DNA of 32,000 nt from Sulfolobus acidocaldarius DSM 639 (GCF_000012285.1 NC_007181.1:510001-542000), one strand, 5' to 3'; shown: positions 1 to 11,072, counted from the first letter of the stretch. Notes: generated by a model not told the origin, from the letters alone. Program-made: numbers and translations.

Positions 1-707
1 TTCCTACTTCACCATCTCATGATGGTATTACATCACCCTTTGCTGCAATAAAAGGGCTTGGGAAACCTATCTCAATTAAAGCAAAGGAACCTCTAGCTAT
101 AATCTCTGATGTGGAGATCTTAGCCTCAGCCCCAAGAAGATTAATAAATGCAGGCATAGGTGATACCTTAGGTAAGATCACTGCAGTTAGAGATTGGAGA
201 TTGGCTCATAAGTTGAGGGGTGAATATTATGGAGACTATACTGCCTCTCTGGCTTTAATGTCAGCAAGACATGCATTATCATGTACTAAGATTATTAATA
301 AGGATATAAGGGCAGGAGTAAGGGTTTTAACAGAAGCATTAATTAGTAGCGGAGTTGCAATGGGTATGGCTGGTAGCACTAGACCAGCTAGTGGGTCTGA
401 ACACCTTTTTGCTCATGCAATCGAATTACTTTATCCTAATCTTGGTCTTCATGGGGAATTGGTGGCTTTAGGAACTATTATGATGGCATATATACATGGA
501 ATAAATTGGAGGAGAATTAGAAGAGCTATGAAAAAAATTGGTCTACCGGTAACGTCAAAACAGATAGGAATACCGGATGAAGGAATAATAAAAGCATTAA
601 CAATTGCACATAGTATAAGACCTGAGAGATATACAATTTTAGGTGACAGAGGTTTAACATGGGAGTCTGCAGAGAAAATAGCCAGAGAGACGGGAGTTAT
701 AAGTTAA
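1..707 (+). CDS. egsA: sn-glycerol-1-phosphate dehydrogenase, C-terminal part (5' end lies outside the window)
   Basis: Frame 3 is open from base 3 ([18 protein letters not shown]...) and runs into track ORF 111..707. The HDG and GSEHLFAH metal/NAD-site motifs are those of the Fe-ADH-like G1PDH family. Stop TAA at 705-707. Confidence 0.8.
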   Translation, partial: PTSPSHDGITSPFAAIKGLGKPISIKAKEPLAIISDVEILASAPRRLINAGIGDTLGKITAVRDWRLAHKLRGEYYGDYTASLALMSARHALSCTKIINKDIRAGVRVLTEALISSGVAMGMAGSTRPASGSEHLFAHAIELLYPNLGLHGELVALGTIMMAYIHGINWRRIRRAMKKIGLPVTSKQIGIPDEGIIKALTIAHSIRPERYTILGDRGLTWESAEKIARETGVIS

Positions 708-1405
708 CTAAAAGTATCTTTTTGGAAATTCTCGATAAAGGACACTACAGACTCTGGTAACACATAGTTTATGATATCCCTCGCTAGCATGTAAATAACT
801 AATTGAAAATCTTCAACCTTATAATAGTCCTTAGGGACAGTAATTTTCAAGTTCTTTTTATCCTCTCCCAATTCTATACCGAACTTATCTGCATTGTTTT
901 TCCCAAGCCACTTCTCTAAAACAGCCTTAACCTTATCCTTCTCATCCTGCAAAACCTTAACTACTTTAACCTTATAGATGACTGTTTTGTCTGCCAACGG
1001 ATGATTGAAGTCTAAAACTACCCTCCCTCCTGTTACACTTTTCACTGTTGCAACAGAGCCGTCTGTAAATCTTACCATCATATTCGGATAGGGGTTTACT
1101 CCCCTCTTCTTAAGATCGCCTAGGGATACAATTCTTACCTTCGTAGGATCTTTCTTTCCATATGCTTTTTCTGGTGGTATTTCAACCTCCTTTTCTTCTC
1201 CTGCATTCATCTGATATATAGCCTCTTCCAATCCAGAAATTATTGAATGTTCGCCTAGTATCACAAGTTTTGGTTCGTACTTTACATTGTTACTATAAAT
1301 GTTAGCCTTCTTAGCTTCCTCTTCTATTGTAGTATCGAAAATTTCTCCGGTATCTTTTACCTTAGCAACATAATCAATATAGACAAAATCTTTATCCTTA
1401 AACAT
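704..1405 (-). CDS. long-type archaeal FKBP peptidyl-prolyl cis-trans isomerase
   Basis: Track ORF 704..1477. The FKBP core reads [18 protein letters not shown]...[26 protein letters not shown]...[13 protein letters not shown] (with IF insert). I place the start at the internal ATG 1405 (MFKDKDF...). A TATA-like TTTAAAAA (complement of 1435-1443) sits about 34 nt upstream of it, and the 1477 start would leave only 25 nt to the divergent L37e gene. Confidence 0.85.
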   Translation of the reverse strand: MFKDKDFVYIDYVAKVKDTGEIFDTTIEEEAKKANIYSNNVKYEPKLVILGEHSIISGLEEAIYQMNAGEEKEVEIPPEKAYGKKDPTKVRIVSLGDLKKRGVNPYPNMMVRFTDGSVATVKSVTGGRVVLDFNHPLADKTVIYKVKVVKVLQDEKDKVKAVLEKWLGKNNADKFGIELGEDKKNLKITVPKDYYKVEDFQLVIYMLARDIINYVLPESVVSFIENFQKDTFS

Positions 1406-1502
1406 TTGTATCTCAAAATTCATAGCAGTAACAGTTTTTAAAGCTATACCTGTACTGAGGATAAAGTTAAAAATCACTGAGTAACTTAGATTATGAACAA
1501 GA

Positions 1503-1688
1503 ATGAAAGGAACGCCGTCATTTGGTAAGATGAATAAAACACCAACCCATGTAAGATGCAGACGTTGTGGAAGAAATAGCTTTAATGCCAGAAAAGGTTA
1601 TTGTGCAGCATGTGGATTTGGAAGAAGTAAGAAGATAAGAAGGTACAGTTGGCAGAATAAAAAAGTAAATGGAGTGAGATTAGTATAA
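1503..1688 (+). CDS. rpl37e: 50S ribosomal protein L37e
   Basis: GTPSFGK...[23 protein letters not shown] is the C4 zinc ribbon typical of L37e. A TATA-like AAGTTAAAAAT lies about 35 nt upstream. Confidence 0.95.
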   Translation: MKGTPSFGKMNKTPTHVRCRRCGRNSFNARKGYCAACGFGRSKKIRRYSWQNKKVNGVRLV

Positions 1689-2596
1689 TGTTCGAATGGA
1701 CTTGGCACCTAGAATGGCAGACGCCACAAGAATTTCATGCACATGCCATTAAGAGGATATTGATAGAGGAGAGAAGCGAATTTCAGAGAGTCATATTAGC
1801 TGAACTGTTTCGATTTGGAAAAGCACTAATTATAGATGGTAAGATTCAATCCACATTAGCTGATGAGTTTATATATCATGAATCGTTAGTTCATCCTCTT
1901 CTTATATCCCTAGAAGATCCTGAAAATATTCTTATACTAGGTGGCGGAGAGGGAGCAACACTTAGGGAAGCACTTAGATACAAAAGTGTGAGAAAGGTTA
2001 CAATGGTAGATATAGATCCCGTTGTAATAAAATTTGCAAAGCAAAACCTACAAGAATGGCATATGGGAAGCTTTGACGATAGTAGAACTAATCTGATAAT
2101 AGGAGACGGATATAAATTTGTTAAGGAAACTAATGAAAAATATAATGCGATTATACTAGATTTAACAGACCCTATACAGGATTCACCTTCACAATTACTC
2201 TATACAAGCGAATTTTACAGAGATTTAAAGAGTATAATTACCCCTAACGGTGGTCTGGTAACACAAGCTACCTCTCCATCCTTTAGTTTAGACACCTTTG
2301 CCATTATATATAGTACACTAAAAACGGTATTCAAAAATGTGAGTGCAGGTATAACTTATGTACCCTCTTTTGACGGACTATGGGGATTTATATATGCTTC
2401 TGATGTGACAAATCCAGCTCATCTAAATAGGAACCAGATAAATGACAGAATTAAAGAGAGAGTTACAGGTTCTTTACGTTTCTATGACGGAGAGACACAT
2501 GAAATGTTATTTAGAGTACCTAAGTATATAAGAGAAAAAATAGAAAACGAAAAAAGAGTTTCGACCCGTGAGAATCCAGTAGCTACACCAGCATAA
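1688..2596 (+). CDS. speE: polyamine aminopropyltransferase (spermidine synthase family)
   Basis: [29 protein letters not shown] and DLTDP motifs. The start ATG shares its A with the L37e stop (TAATG). Confidence 0.9.
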   Translation: MFEWTWHLEWQTPQEFHAHAIKRILIEERSEFQRVILAELFRFGKALIIDGKIQSTLADEFIYHESLVHPLLISLEDPENILILGGGEGATLREALRYKSVRKVTMVDIDPVVIKFAKQNLQEWHMGSFDDSRTNLIIGDGYKFVKETNEKYNAIILDLTDPIQDSPSQLLYTSEFYRDLKSIITPNGGLVTQATSPSFSLDTFAIIYSTLKTVFKNVSAGITYVPSFDGLWGFIYASDVTNPAHLNRNQINDRIKERVTGSLRFYDGETHEMLFRVPKYIREKIENEKRVSTRENPVATPA

Positions 2597-2597
2597 G

Positions 2598-2608
2598 TTT
2601 ATTTTTAG
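2598..2608 (+). promoter_or_regulatory. TATA-like box for tRNA-Ser
   Basis: TTTATTTTTAG is centred about 28 nt upstream of the tRNA 5' end. This spacing is typical of Sulfolobus promoters. Confidence 0.5.
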
Positions 2609-2630
2609 TTTCAACGTATAGGTAAATAGT

Positions 2631-2740
2631 GCCGGGGTGCCCGAGCGGACCAAGGGGGTAGGCTCGAGACCATTTCCAGCGTCAAGGCGGGCGACCTACT
2701 GCCTCTCCGAGGCACGCGGGTTCAAATCCCGCCCCCGGCG
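2631..2740 (+). tRNA. tRNA-Ser(CGA), class II, with an intron of about 25 nt at the canonical 37/38 position
   Basis: Acceptor GCCGGGG/CCCCGGC plus G73. Anticodon stem GTAGG/CCTAC with loop CT-CGA-GA interrupted by ACCATTTCCAGCGTCAAGGCGGGCG. Long variable arm TGCCTCTCCGAGGCA. T arm GCGGG-TTCAAAT-CCCGC. Confidence 0.9.
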
Positions 2741-2744
2741 TTAG

Positions 2745-2753
2745 TTTAAAATT
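2745..2753 (+). promoter_or_regulatory. TATA-like box for tRNA-Leu
   Basis: TTTAAAATT is centred about 30 nt upstream of the tRNA 5' end. Confidence 0.5.
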
Positions 2754-2778
2754 CTCCAATTTATATCATATATTGATT

Positions 2779-2878
2779 GCGGGGGTGCCCGAGCAAGGTC
2801 AAAGGGGTCGGGCTCAGGACCATATGGTGAGACCCCCGATGGTGTAGGCCTGCGTGGGTTCAAATCCCACCCCCCGCA
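2779..2878 (+). tRNA. tRNA-Leu(CAG), class II, with an intron of about 14 nt
   Basis: Acceptor GCGGGGG/CCCCCGC plus A73. Anticodon stem TCGGG/CCCGA with loop CT-CAG-GA followed by the insert CCATATGGTGAGA(C). Long variable arm. T arm GTGGG-TTCAAAT-CCCAC. Confidence 0.9.
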
Positions 2879-3072
2879 ATTTTAGATATGACATGTTTCA
2901 TAATCTATTTTGTTCAGATTTTCTATACATAGCTCAAGGTATGAGATACCTCTCATTAAATGTTGATTAGAATAACAAGTGTGTAGATATTAGGACTCCA
3001 TATTAATTTGATAAGCTCCTATGAATGTCTCAGATAAACAAACTTTTTTACATATTATTTCATTAAGCTTTT

Positions 3073-4320
3073 ATGGACTATAGAGTTAAAGACCTAAGTT
3101 TAGCTGAGCAGGGAAGGAAGCAGATAGAATGGGCTGAATTGCATATGCCAGCCCTAATGGAAATTAGAAAACGATTCAATGCCGAAAAGCCCCTAGATGG
3201 AATAAGAATAGGTGCAGTGCTTCATGTAACCAAAGAGACAGCAGTATTAGTTGAAACACTTAAAGCTGGAGGCGCTGAAATAGCTCTAGCTGGTAGTAAT
3301 CCATTGTCCACACAAGATGATGTAGCTGCAGGATTAGCTAAGAACGGAATTCATGTTTACGCATGGAGAGGGGAGACAGAAAAGGATTATTATGATAACA
3401 TAAGAGAGATCCTGAAATATGAACCACATGTTATCATGGATGATGGAGGAGATCTTCATGCATATGTTCATGAGAATAATTTAACGTCTAAAATTGTTGG
3501 AGGCACTGAAGAGACAACCACAGGAGTAATTAGACTAAAAGCAATGGAAGAGGAGAAGGTTTTAAAATACCCTGTCATTGCAGTAAACAACGCTTTTACA
3601 AAATATCTTTTTGATAACAGAATAGGAACAGGACAAAGTACTATCGATGGAATCCTAAGAGCCACAAATATTCTAATTGCAGGAAAAGTTGCAGTGGTGA
3701 TAGGTTACGGATGGGTAGGAAGAGGTATAGCGAGCAGATTTAAGGGAATGGGCGCTAGGGTAATCGTAGTAGAATCATCCCCATTTAGAGCGTTAGAGGC
3801 ATTAATGGACGGATTTGATGTAATGACTATGAATAGAGCTTCTGAAATCGGAGATATATTTGTAACAGCAACAGGTAACCTGAATGTAGTTAGTAGAGAT
3901 CATATACTGAGAATGAAGGATGGCGCAGTTCTAGCAAATTCTGGACACTTTAACGTTGAAATTGATGTTAAAGGATTGAAAGAGATTAGCGTGGAAACTA
4001 GAGAGGTTAGACAAAACTTAGAAGAATATAAACTTAGAAATGGAAAAAGAATATACTTACTTGCAGATGGTAGACTTGTAAATCTTGTAGCAGCAGAGGG
4101 ACATCCTAGTGAGGTCATGGATTTAAGTTTCTGTAACCAGGCTTTATCAGTTGAGCATCTAATTAAAAATAAGGGAAAATTAGAAAACAAGGTCTATAAT
4201 GTTCCCATAGAGATAGATGAACAAGTAGCCAGATTAAAACTTAAAGCGTTAGGAATAGAGATAGAAGAGTTAACTATAGAGCAAAAAGAGTATATAAAAC
4301 AATGGAAGTATGGAACATAA
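3073..4320 (+). CDS. ahcY: S-adenosyl-L-homocysteine hydrolase
   Basis: Full-length match to the SAHH pattern: [31 protein letters not shown], the NAD fold [13 protein letters not shown], and GHFNVEID. Confidence 0.95.
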   Translation: MDYRVKDLSLAEQGRKQIEWAELHMPALMEIRKRFNAEKPLDGIRIGAVLHVTKETAVLVETLKAGGAEIALAGSNPLSTQDDVAAGLAKNGIHVYAWRGETEKDYYDNIREILKYEPHVIMDDGGDLHAYVHENNLTSKIVGGTEETTTGVIRLKAMEEEKVLKYPVIAVNNAFTKYLFDNRIGTGQSTIDGILRATNILIAGKVAVVIGYGWVGRGIASRFKGMGARVIVVESSPFRALEALMDGFDVMTMNRASEIGDIFVTATGNLNVVSRDHILRMKDGAVLANSGHFNVEIDVKGLKEISVETREVRQNLEEYKLRNGKRIYLLADGRLVNLVAAEGHPSEVMDLSFCNQALSVEHLIKNKGKLENKVYNVPIEIDEQVARLKLKALGIEIEELTIEQKEYIKQWKYGT

Positions 4321-4425
4321 TCTTTTTCATTTTAATTCTAAATTAAGTCAACTAAAAATAGATAAAATTTATTTGTTACAAAAAGTTTAAGAGTAACTAT
4401 AATTATTCGTACTCTAGACATAGTT

Positions 4426-5073
4426 ATGGCTGAAGATAAAGTAAAGATTAGTTCAAAAATTCTTTCTTCAGTAGCCAAAACAATAATATTTGTCATCGTA
4501 TTTGTTATAATAGAAGCTATTGTAAACAATTTTCTTCCATCTTTACTTAGTCAAATAAGTCTAAATTTTCCTCCATTAGTTCAAGGCTCTGTAAACATTC
4601 AACCGTACTTACCTTACATAAATATACTATTGAGTTTATTATTTGGTTATCTGATAATAACCGAAATCTCTAACGTAATATACTGGAATCTAAGAATAAA
4701 ATACGATCATCCGGTCGCACATAGTGTAAGAAACGTTATAAGAATATTAGGAGTAGGAGTTCTAGGTGCGACTATTGCAGGAGCTGTTGCAGGAGGAGTT
4801 GCAGGAGTTGCCCTTGGGGGATTTATTGGAGTAGTAATAGGATTTGCAACACAGCAGGTATTAGGACAGGCAGTAGCAGGATTATTTGTGTTAATAGCTA
4901 GACCATTCAAGATCGGCGATCAGGTAAACGTTGGAGGCGATATTGGAGTTGTTGAGGATATCACAACACTGTTTACTATAATTAATAAAGGAGACCAACT
5001 AGTGCTAATCCCTAACAATACGCTCATAGGAAGTAAAATATATGTGATAAAGAATAATACTCAAAAGAAGTAA
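4426..5073 (+). CDS. small MscS-family mechanosensitive channel
   Basis: N-terminal TM helices, a Gly/Ala-rich pore-like helix (GAVAGGVAGVALGGFIGVVIGFATQ), then the MscS beta domain FKIGDQVNVGGDIGVVEDITTLFT...LIPNNTL. Confidence 0.75.
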   Translation: MAEDKVKISSKILSSVAKTIIFVIVFVIIEAIVNNFLPSLLSQISLNFPPLVQGSVNIQPYLPYINILLSLLFGYLIITEISNVIYWNLRIKYDHPVAHSVRNVIRILGVGVLGATIAGAVAGGVAGVALGGFIGVVIGFATQQVLGQAVAGLFVLIARPFKIGDQVNVGGDIGVVEDITTLFTIINKGDQLVLIPNNTLIGSKIYVIKNNTQKK

Positions 5074-5167
5074 CTCGTACTAAATGAATGCTTTCATGTG
5101 TATAAACTATAATTTATCTTTCCAATTCCTTTCTAGGGAAAATATCATAACCTTATCACGGCATAAC

Positions 5168-5176
5168 TTTTTAAAA
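5168..5176 (+). promoter_or_regulatory. TATA-like box for tRNA-Met
   Basis: TTTTTAAAA is centred about 30 nt upstream of the tRNA 5' end. Confidence 0.55.
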
Positions 5177-5201
5177 GGTAACTATTTTATTATGTTATAG
5201 T

Positions 5202-5293
5202 GGGCCCGTAGCTTAGCCCGGTAGAGCGCCCGGCTCATAAACTATGTATGTGGAGAGACCGGGTGGTCCGGGGTTCAAGTCCCCGCGGGCCCA
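5202..5293 (+). tRNA. tRNA with CAU anticodon (elongator Met, or Ile2 if C34 is modified), with an intron of about 18 nt
   Basis: Acceptor GGGCCCG/CGGGCCC plus A73. Anticodon stem CCCGG/CCGGG with loop CT-CAT-AA followed by the insert ACTATGTATGTGGAGAGA. T arm CCGGGG-TTCAAGT-CCCCG. It is not initiator-like, because it has a G1:C72 pair. Confidence 0.85.
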
Positions 5294-5596
5294 GTATATT
5301 AGAACTTTATAAGGAATAGCAGACATATAATGATAATTTCAGTGTGATTTTATATTTTATCTTTTCATTTAGATTAAATAAAAAATCTAAATCGATAAAT
5401 CATATCTTCTAAAAGTTAATCCTCTTATGTACCTTCTGTTTTGATTCAAATCTGTAATAACGATTCAGCTTCTCTAAAGGTACGATATTCACAGAATTAA
5501 TAACGATAATTAAAGTGTAGGTTTAACGAGAGAGTAATTACATCACAGACATAACGATTATTCTATATAAACGAAAATTGGGAAGCGCTCAGTTGC

Positions 5597-5798
<202 letters not shown>

Positions 5799-5812
<14 letters not shown>

Positions 5813-6257
5813 ACTCTTCGTGTAAAATACATGAATGAATAACGGCTATAGATGCAATTGGGGAGATCTCTACATCTATATTTCTAAGTTTATAATTTTC
5901 ACCCAGACTTAGGTCTATCTTAGAGAAACCATTTTCTATGCCAGAAAATACTAACATAATCTTATTTTTGTCATTAAAAACCTGAGTCTCTAAAATTTTT
6001 TGAGCCTGGCTGGTAAGAAGAATAACTAGATCTGGTGACAAAAGTTCTATTGCATCTTTTAAATCTGGTAATGATATAAACGTTTTACCTAATTTGAAGG
6101 CTAACTTATTGACTTCAGGTACACCTACGTTTGAGGCTACTCCACCTACTTTAGTTGCAACTAAATAGTTTATATTTAAACTAAATACTAGCTTAGCAAA
6201 GTCGATTAGCTTTTGTGCACTTGTAACATTATGTAAAACTGGGATCAACTTAGCCAT
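5799..6257 (-). CDS. predicted SPOUT-superfamily (trefoil-knot) methyltransferase-like protein, function unknown
   Basis: The C-terminal pattern [25 protein letters not shown]...[15 protein letters not shown] resembles the SPOUT SAM-binding knot (hhhFGxExxGhs...hshxxAhxhhh). The assignment rests on pattern recognition only. The start ATG overlaps the upstream MTase stop by 8 nt. Confidence 0.4.
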
Positions 6258-7209
6258 ATAATATACCCATTATTTCTCGGGCAATTGTGGTAGAAAAGAC
6301 TACTGGCACTGATTCGCCTACCTGATTATATTGTTCGTCTCTATTACCTACAAATACATGATCATCAGGATAGCTCATTAACCTTGCTTGTTCTCTAACA
6401 GTAAGAAACCTATTTTCAAATGGATGAATGAACCTAGAATTTCCCATCACTGTGGGAGCTAATCTGTATGGATTTAGTCTTATATACAATGGTATATTTC
6501 TGCCTGAGGAGCCTTTAAACATACTTAAATAGTCTCCAAAATCTAGCCTAGCAAACTTTCTTATCTTCTCCTCACTAACTTCAGCTATTTCATGGTTAGG
6601 TAAAAGATTTGGTCTATCAGCTAGATCCCCTATAGCATTCCATACTGTATTTAGTCTAGCACTCTTTTGCTGTTTAAGCTTAACATTAGATACAAAAACT
6701 CTAGTTCGCCTAGACGGATTTCCTAAGTCTTCTGCTCGTAATATATTAAAATAAACTTTAGGGTAGCCTATCCTTAAGAACTCCCCCTCAATTGATGACC
6801 TGATAACATCAATATTGGCAATGGCTGGAACATTTTCCATTATAAAAATTTTAGGTTTCAGCTCGCCTACTATTCTTATAAATTCTAACGTTAACTGACC
6901 TCTCTCATCCACAAATAGTCTCTCTAATGGATCAGATCTCCTGGATGGGTTAGCGCCTGTAAATGGTTCACACGGAGGACTACCAATTATTATATCTGGT
7001 TCTCCCCCTATCAAATACCTAATATCTCGACCTGTTATATTTCTTATATCGTCTTCTATAACCACCGTGTTGGGAAAATTAATTGAATATGTCCTAGCCG
7101 CAGCATGATTTATATCTACTGATAATTTTATTTCAAAAGGTTCACGGTTAAATCCTAAAGAAAAACCTCCAGCCCCACTAAATAAATCAATAACTTTTAC
7201 TGGACTCAC
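6250..7209 (-). CDS. C5 cytosine methyltransferase (Dcm/Dnmt fold), orphan
   Basis: Motif [16 protein letters not shown], motif [11 protein letters not shown] (catalytic Cys), motif VI IMENVP, motif [12 protein letters not shown], motif [23 protein letters not shown]...[12 protein letters not shown] start at 7209 is the only canonical start before motif I, which forces a 23-nt overlap with tfe. Confidence 0.85.
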   Translation of the reverse strand: MSPVKVIDLFSGAGGFSLGFNREPFEIKLSVDINHAAARTYSINFPNTVVIEDDIRNITGRDIRYLIGGEPDIIIGSPPCEPFTGANPSRRSDPLERLFVDERGQLTLEFIRIVGELKPKIFIMENVPAIANIDVIRSSIEGEFLRIGYPKVYFNILRAEDLGNPSRRTRVFVSNVKLKQQKSARLNTVWNAIGDLADRPNLLPNHEIAEVSEEKIRKFARLDFGDYLSMFKGSSGRNIPLYIRLNPYRLAPTVMGNSRFIHPFENRFLTVREQARLMSYPDDHVFVGNRDEQYNQVGESVPVVFSTTIAREIMGILYG

Positions 7210-7702
7210 GTCTAATCTCTTTGTTTATTTCCTCTTCTATCTGTTTAATTTTTTGCTCAAGAAAGCTCCTAGCTTTCTCAGAATCATATTGTGACAAAGA
7301 AGTTCCGCACTTTAGACATTTGAATTCGTTTTCTATTGCATCATCAAAAGAATATTTTATGTTATCCTGTGGACAGAAATAAAATAGTCCATCCTTCTCT
7401 TGCTCATATCTATTTCTAAGTTTCTCTAGAATAAGTCTCTTCCTGGATAGAAGAATTTCATTTATCTGATTTACGTTTACCTTCCAGTAATATATGTATA
7501 GGTTTGAGTCTTTGTCTTTAGTCTTACGATAAGTAACTAATCCATGATCGGACAATAGATAAAGATATTTTCTTACTTCATTAGGTTTTGTGTTCAATTC
7601 CTTAGCGATCTCCTCATCAGTTATTTCTGATTTCTTTCCGATTAAGTATTTAAGTAAGCCTAGAGCTTCATCCCCAACTAGCTCTTTAGCCAAATTAAGC
7701 AC
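7187..7702 (-). CDS. tfe: transcription factor E (TFE alpha, TFIIE-alpha homologue)
   Basis: N-terminal winged helix ([34 protein letters not shown]...YIYYWKV) and C-terminal zinc ribbon ([13 protein letters not shown]...FKCLKCG). GTG start. Confidence 0.9.
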   Translation of the reverse strand: MLNLAKELVGDEALGLLKYLIGKKSEITDEEIAKELNTKPNEVRKYLYLLSDHGLVTYRKTKDKDSNLYIYYWKVNVNQINEILLSRKRLILEKLRNRYEQEKDGLFYFCPQDNIKYSFDDAIENEFKCLKCGTSLSQYDSEKARSFLEQKIKQIEEEINKEIRRESSKSY

Positions 7703-7715
7703 TATATTTTCTATA

Positions 7716-8267
7716 TCACTTGTCAGTTTTCACCACCCGTTTCCCCTTTAGTTGAGGAATAATGTAGAATTTGGCATCACTAAAATGTATATATAGTTCT
7801 TCACCCTTATAAATCCTGTCTAGAAAGATAGCTAGTGCTGAAACCTCAGAGTGTGGCTGATTTCCTATACCTATATTATAATCTGAGTTGTAATAATACC
7901 ATCCCTCCACCTTTTCTGAACCTATGACAACTAGAAGTGGTAATGTAAAATTCTTACTAGCCTTAGTTATTTCATCTATCATATCATCTATCATTTTACC
8001 ATACATAGTTAGATGAACTACTAAACCTCCTTTCTCCCTCCAAGACTTAACTATTTTTTTAGGATTATCCACGAACTCTACCTTAAAATAGGATTTACCT
8101 CCCCATACCTCCAATACTCTATCGATCTTACTTTTGAGCCTAATATCCTTTACATCTATGAATATGCCTTTAGCTCCAAAGGCTCTCGCTACTAAAGTAA
8201 CATGGGTGGTTATTCTCTTATCTCTCTCTGGTCTATGTCCTAGTCTTAAAATATAAATATCTTTTAT
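7716..8267 (-). CDS. trm56: tRNA (cytidine56-2'-O)-methyltransferase aTrm56 (SPOUT); start codon non-canonical and uncertain
   Basis: The track ORF (7716..8114) holds the C-terminal two thirds (HLTMYG...GNQPHSEVSALAIFLDR). The same frame stays open upstream to 8288 and encodes the hallmark N-terminus [34 protein letters not shown]. That stretch contains no ATG, GTG or TTG. Candidate starts are ATA 8267-8265 and ATT 8258-8256. Confidence 0.85.
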   Translation of the reverse strand: MKDIYILRLGHRPERDKRITTHVTLVARAFGAKGIFIDVKDIRLKSKIDRVLEVWGGKSYFKVEFVDNPKKIVKSWREKGGLVVHLTMYGKMIDDMIDEITKASKNFTLPLLVVIGSEKVEGWYYYNSDYNIGIGNQPHSEVSALAIFLDRIYKGEELYIHFSDAKFYIIPQLKGKRVVKTDK

Positions 8268-9322
8268 TTGAGGACTAGTTCTAATAGTCTATCCCTAATA
8301 GTATTTATATTATAACCTTTTAACGCTGAAATTGGAATAACATCATAAATAGGCGTATATAAATCTTTGACTATTTTCCACGTAATATCAATTTTTTGAT
8401 CAACATCACTATTATTGACAAGATCAGCTTTATTTAATACGATAATCATGGGCTTACCAGATATTCCTATGTCTCTAAGTATCTTAAATGAACTTAATAT
8501 CATATCTATGAATAAAGTATCCTCCACAGAGGAGTCCACAACCAAGAGTAAGGAATCCGCGTATTTTGCTTCTGATAAAGTAACGTAAAAAGCCTCAACT
8601 ATTTGAGGAGGAATTCCCCTTATAAAACCCACAGTATCAACAAGAAGTAGTTTATCACCATTTACCGAGATTCCGTACCTTTTTGGTAGCGTTGTTGTAA
8701 ACATTGATGAATCTGTTTTCTGCTTTAATCCTGTTAGTGCATTGAATAAAGTAGTTTTTCCTGCATTAGTATAACCGACTATAGCAGTAGTTTTCAACTC
8801 TGTTTTTCTTATCTGATCCTCTTTTATCTTCTTTATATTATTTAGTTCTTCCCTGATTTTTACTATTCTTCTCTGATAGAGTCTCACTGTCGACTCAATA
8901 CCATAAACACCTGCTCCTAAAGGACCCTGTTGTTCAGAAACTTTCATCCTTTTATACATGTCTTTTAGAACTGGCAGTTGATGTTTTAATCTTGCAAGCT
9001 CAATTTGTAATTTCGCCTCTTTAGAACCTGCATGTAATGCAAATATCTCTAAAAGTAAGAGAATTTTATCTAGTATTTTTTTGTTTTTTAATTCTCTGAT
9101 TAAATTAATAAAATGCCTAGATTTAAGCGTTTCGAAAATTATAATCGTATCAACATCACTGTTGTTCTTCAGCTCAAGAAGCTTAGTTTGAGAGATATAA
9201 AAATTGGGATTTGGCTTCCTAGGTAATTTGATAACTTCAAGAACGTTATATAACGCTGCCTCAGCTAAAGCTTTAGCCTCATCCTCATATTCCTCAGCGG
9301 TAAAAAGTACTGCAAAGTTCAC
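8264..9322 (-). CDS. hflX: GTPase HflX
   Basis: HflX N-domain followed by a G domain: G1 [17 protein letters not shown]3 DTVGF, G4 NKADL. The GTG start overlaps the MBF1 stop (GTGA). Confidence 0.9.
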   Translation of the reverse strand: MNFAVLFTAEEYEDEAKALAEAALYNVLEVIKLPRKPNPNFYISQTKLLELKNNSDVDTIIIFETLKSRHFINLIRELKNKKILDKILLLLEIFALHAGSKEAKLQIELARLKHQLPVLKDMYKRMKVSEQQGPLGAGVYGIESTVRLYQRRIVKIREELNNIKKIKEDQIRKTELKTTAIVGYTNAGKTTLFNALTGLKQKTDSSMFTTTLPKRYGISVNGDKLLLVDTVGFIRGIPPQIVEAFYVTLSEAKYADSLLLVVDSSVEDTLFIDMILSSFKILRDIGISGKPMIIVLNKADLVNNSDVDQKIDITWKIVKDLYTPIYDVIPISALKGYNINTIRDRLLELVLK

Positions 9323-9810
9323 TTCTTCCCCTCTCTAATATTTACGATGTCCCCTAATGTCAGACCTAAATCTTTTTGGGGATTAGATTCCTCTTCCCCT
9401 TCTATTGGAACCAACAACTTAATACCTAATATTCTCTCTAACTGTTTAGCCTGTTGGATAGTAGGCTTTAGTTTACCGCTTTCAAATCTCTTGATTATAT
9501 TCTCGGATACTTTCAACGCTTGTGCTAATTGCTGTTGCGACATCTTTAATCTTTCTCTTGCTTCTTTGATGATTTTATAATATTCCTCAACTATATCTAA
9601 TTCCACTTCAGTATATTTTTTGTTAGGGCTAGTTTTTATTCTCTTCTTATCCTCCTCTTTCTTTAAATTAACAATTTTAGCATAGTTTTTAATTTTATTG
9701 AAACAATTAGTACAAACAGTAATAATACTTCCCTCATAAGAGACTGTAAAACCCTTACCCTTTATGGGAGAACCACATAACTCACAGTATTTTACATTTT
9801 GGTTTTGCAT
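9319..9810 (-). CDS. mbf1: archaeal multiprotein bridging factor 1 (zinc ribbon plus cro/C1-type HTH)
   Basis: N-terminal CELCG...CTNC zinc ribbon. C-terminal [44 protein letters not shown]. Confidence 0.85.
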   Translation of the reverse strand: MQNQNVKYCELCGSPIKGKGFTVSYEGSIITVCTNCFNKIKNYAKIVNLKKEEDKKRIKTSPNKKYTEVELDIVEEYYKIIKEARERLKMSQQQLAQALKVSENIIKRFESGKLKPTIQQAKQLERILGIKLLVPIEGEEESNPQKDLGLTLGDIVNIREGKK

Positions 9811-9881
9811 ATAATATATACACGACTTTGTATATTAAACACTTTTATTGGTTTTCGTACAAGTAATATTATTGGGTAAAG

Positions 9882-11072
9882 TTGTTCGGGGATGTTGATA
9901 GTTATAAGAATCGTGAAAATAATAATAATTATGACGAAACGCTTGTAAAACTTCTTGAAGAAAAAATAGAAGCTCTCACAAAAGAAATAGATAAATTAAG
10001 ACAAGATTTAAATTGGTATAAAACTGAACTAGAGAAACTACTGGCACCTCCATACATTGAAGCTACAATATTAGATATATTACCAGACGGTAAGGTAATT
10101 GTAAGGAGCTCTTCGGGACCAAACCTAGTTGTAAATGTAGCCACGAACGTCGATGTTTCCAAGTTAAAACCAGGCATGTCTGTTGCATTAAGTCAAAGAG
10201 GATCAACGATTATAGATATTTTACCAAATAGAGAAGATATAATAGTAAAATCTTTTGAATTAATAGAGAAACCAAATATTCATTATTCTGATATAGGAGG
10301 TCTAGAAGACCAGATAAACGAACTAAGAGAGGTAGTCGAATTACCATTAAAAAATAAGAAGTTATTTGAAGAGCTAGGAATAGAGCCCCCTAAAGGAGTA
10401 CTATTATATGGACCCCCTGGCACTGGAAAAACCATGCTTGCCAAAGCTGTAGCAGCTGAAAGTAACGCCACATTTATTCATGTTGTAGCATCAGAATTTG
10501 CCCAGAAATTTGTAGGAGAAGGGGCAAGAATAGTTAGAGAAGTCTTTGAATTAGCTAGAAAGAAGGCTCCATCAATTATATTCATAGATGAGCTTGATGC
10601 GATTGCTGCAAGAAGAATAGATATTGGTACAAGCGGTGAAAGGGAAATTCAAAGAACATTGATGCAGTTATTGGCTGAAATTGATGGATTTAAGGCACTA
10701 GATAACGTTAAGATAATAGCAGCTACAAACAGAATCGACATATTAGATCCTGCTATACTAAGACCTGGTAGGTTTGATAGATTAATAGAGGTTCCATTAC
10801 CAGATGAGAAAGGTAGAAAGGAGATTTTCAAAATCTACCTCCAGAGAATGAGGATAAATGAAAACGATAAATTAAACTATGATCTAATTGCTCAACTCAC
10901 AGACGGTTTTAGTGGTGCAGACATTAAGAACGTTTGCACCGAAGCTGGATATATGGCCATAAGAGAAGGAAGAGAGTCTATTAAATTCCAAGATATTATT
11001 AGAGCCATAGATAAAATAAAGAAAAAGAATTTAAGGAAAGCGATTAATACAAGAACCGAGAAATACTTATGA
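9882..11072 (+). CDS. pan: proteasome-activating nucleotidase (AAA+ ATPase)
   Basis: N-terminal coiled coil, OB segment, Walker A GPPGTGKT, Walker B IIFIDELD, second region of homology. TTG start as given in the track; the exact start is uncertain. Confidence 0.9.
   Translation: MFGDVDSYKNRENNNNYDETLVKLLEEKIEALTKEIDKLRQDLNWYKTELEKLLAPPYIEATILDILPDGKVIVRSSSGPNLVVNVATNVDVSKLKPGMSVALSQRGSTIIDILPNREDIIVKSFELIEKPNIHYSDIGGLEDQINELREVVELPLKNKKLFEELGIEPPKGVLLYGPPGTGKTMLAKAVAAESNATFIHVVASEFAQKFVGEGARIVREVFELARKKAPSIIFIDELDAIAARRIDIGTSGEREIQRTLMQLLAEIDGFKALDNVKIIAATNRIDILDPAILRPGRFDRLIEVPLPDEKGRKEIFKIYLQRMRINENDKLNYDLIAQLTDGFSGADIKNVCTEAGYMAIREGRESIKFQDIIRAIDKIKKKNLRKAINTRTEKYL

Noticed and set aside
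1406-1477. N-terminal extension of the FKBP ORF ([24 protein letters not shown]).
   Set aside because: It would leave only 25 nt for two divergent promoters. A TATA-like box lies inside it, and FKBP homologues start near MFKDKDF.
3468-4190. ORFs 3468..3665 and 3900..4190, antisense to ahcY.
   Set aside because: They lie inside a full-length, highly conserved SAHH gene, and their sequences are low complexity.
5202-5293. Possibility that tRNA(CAU) is the initiator tRNA.
   Set aside because: It has G1:C72 rather than the archaeal initiator A1:U72, and it lacks the three consecutive G:C pairs at the base of the anticodon stem.
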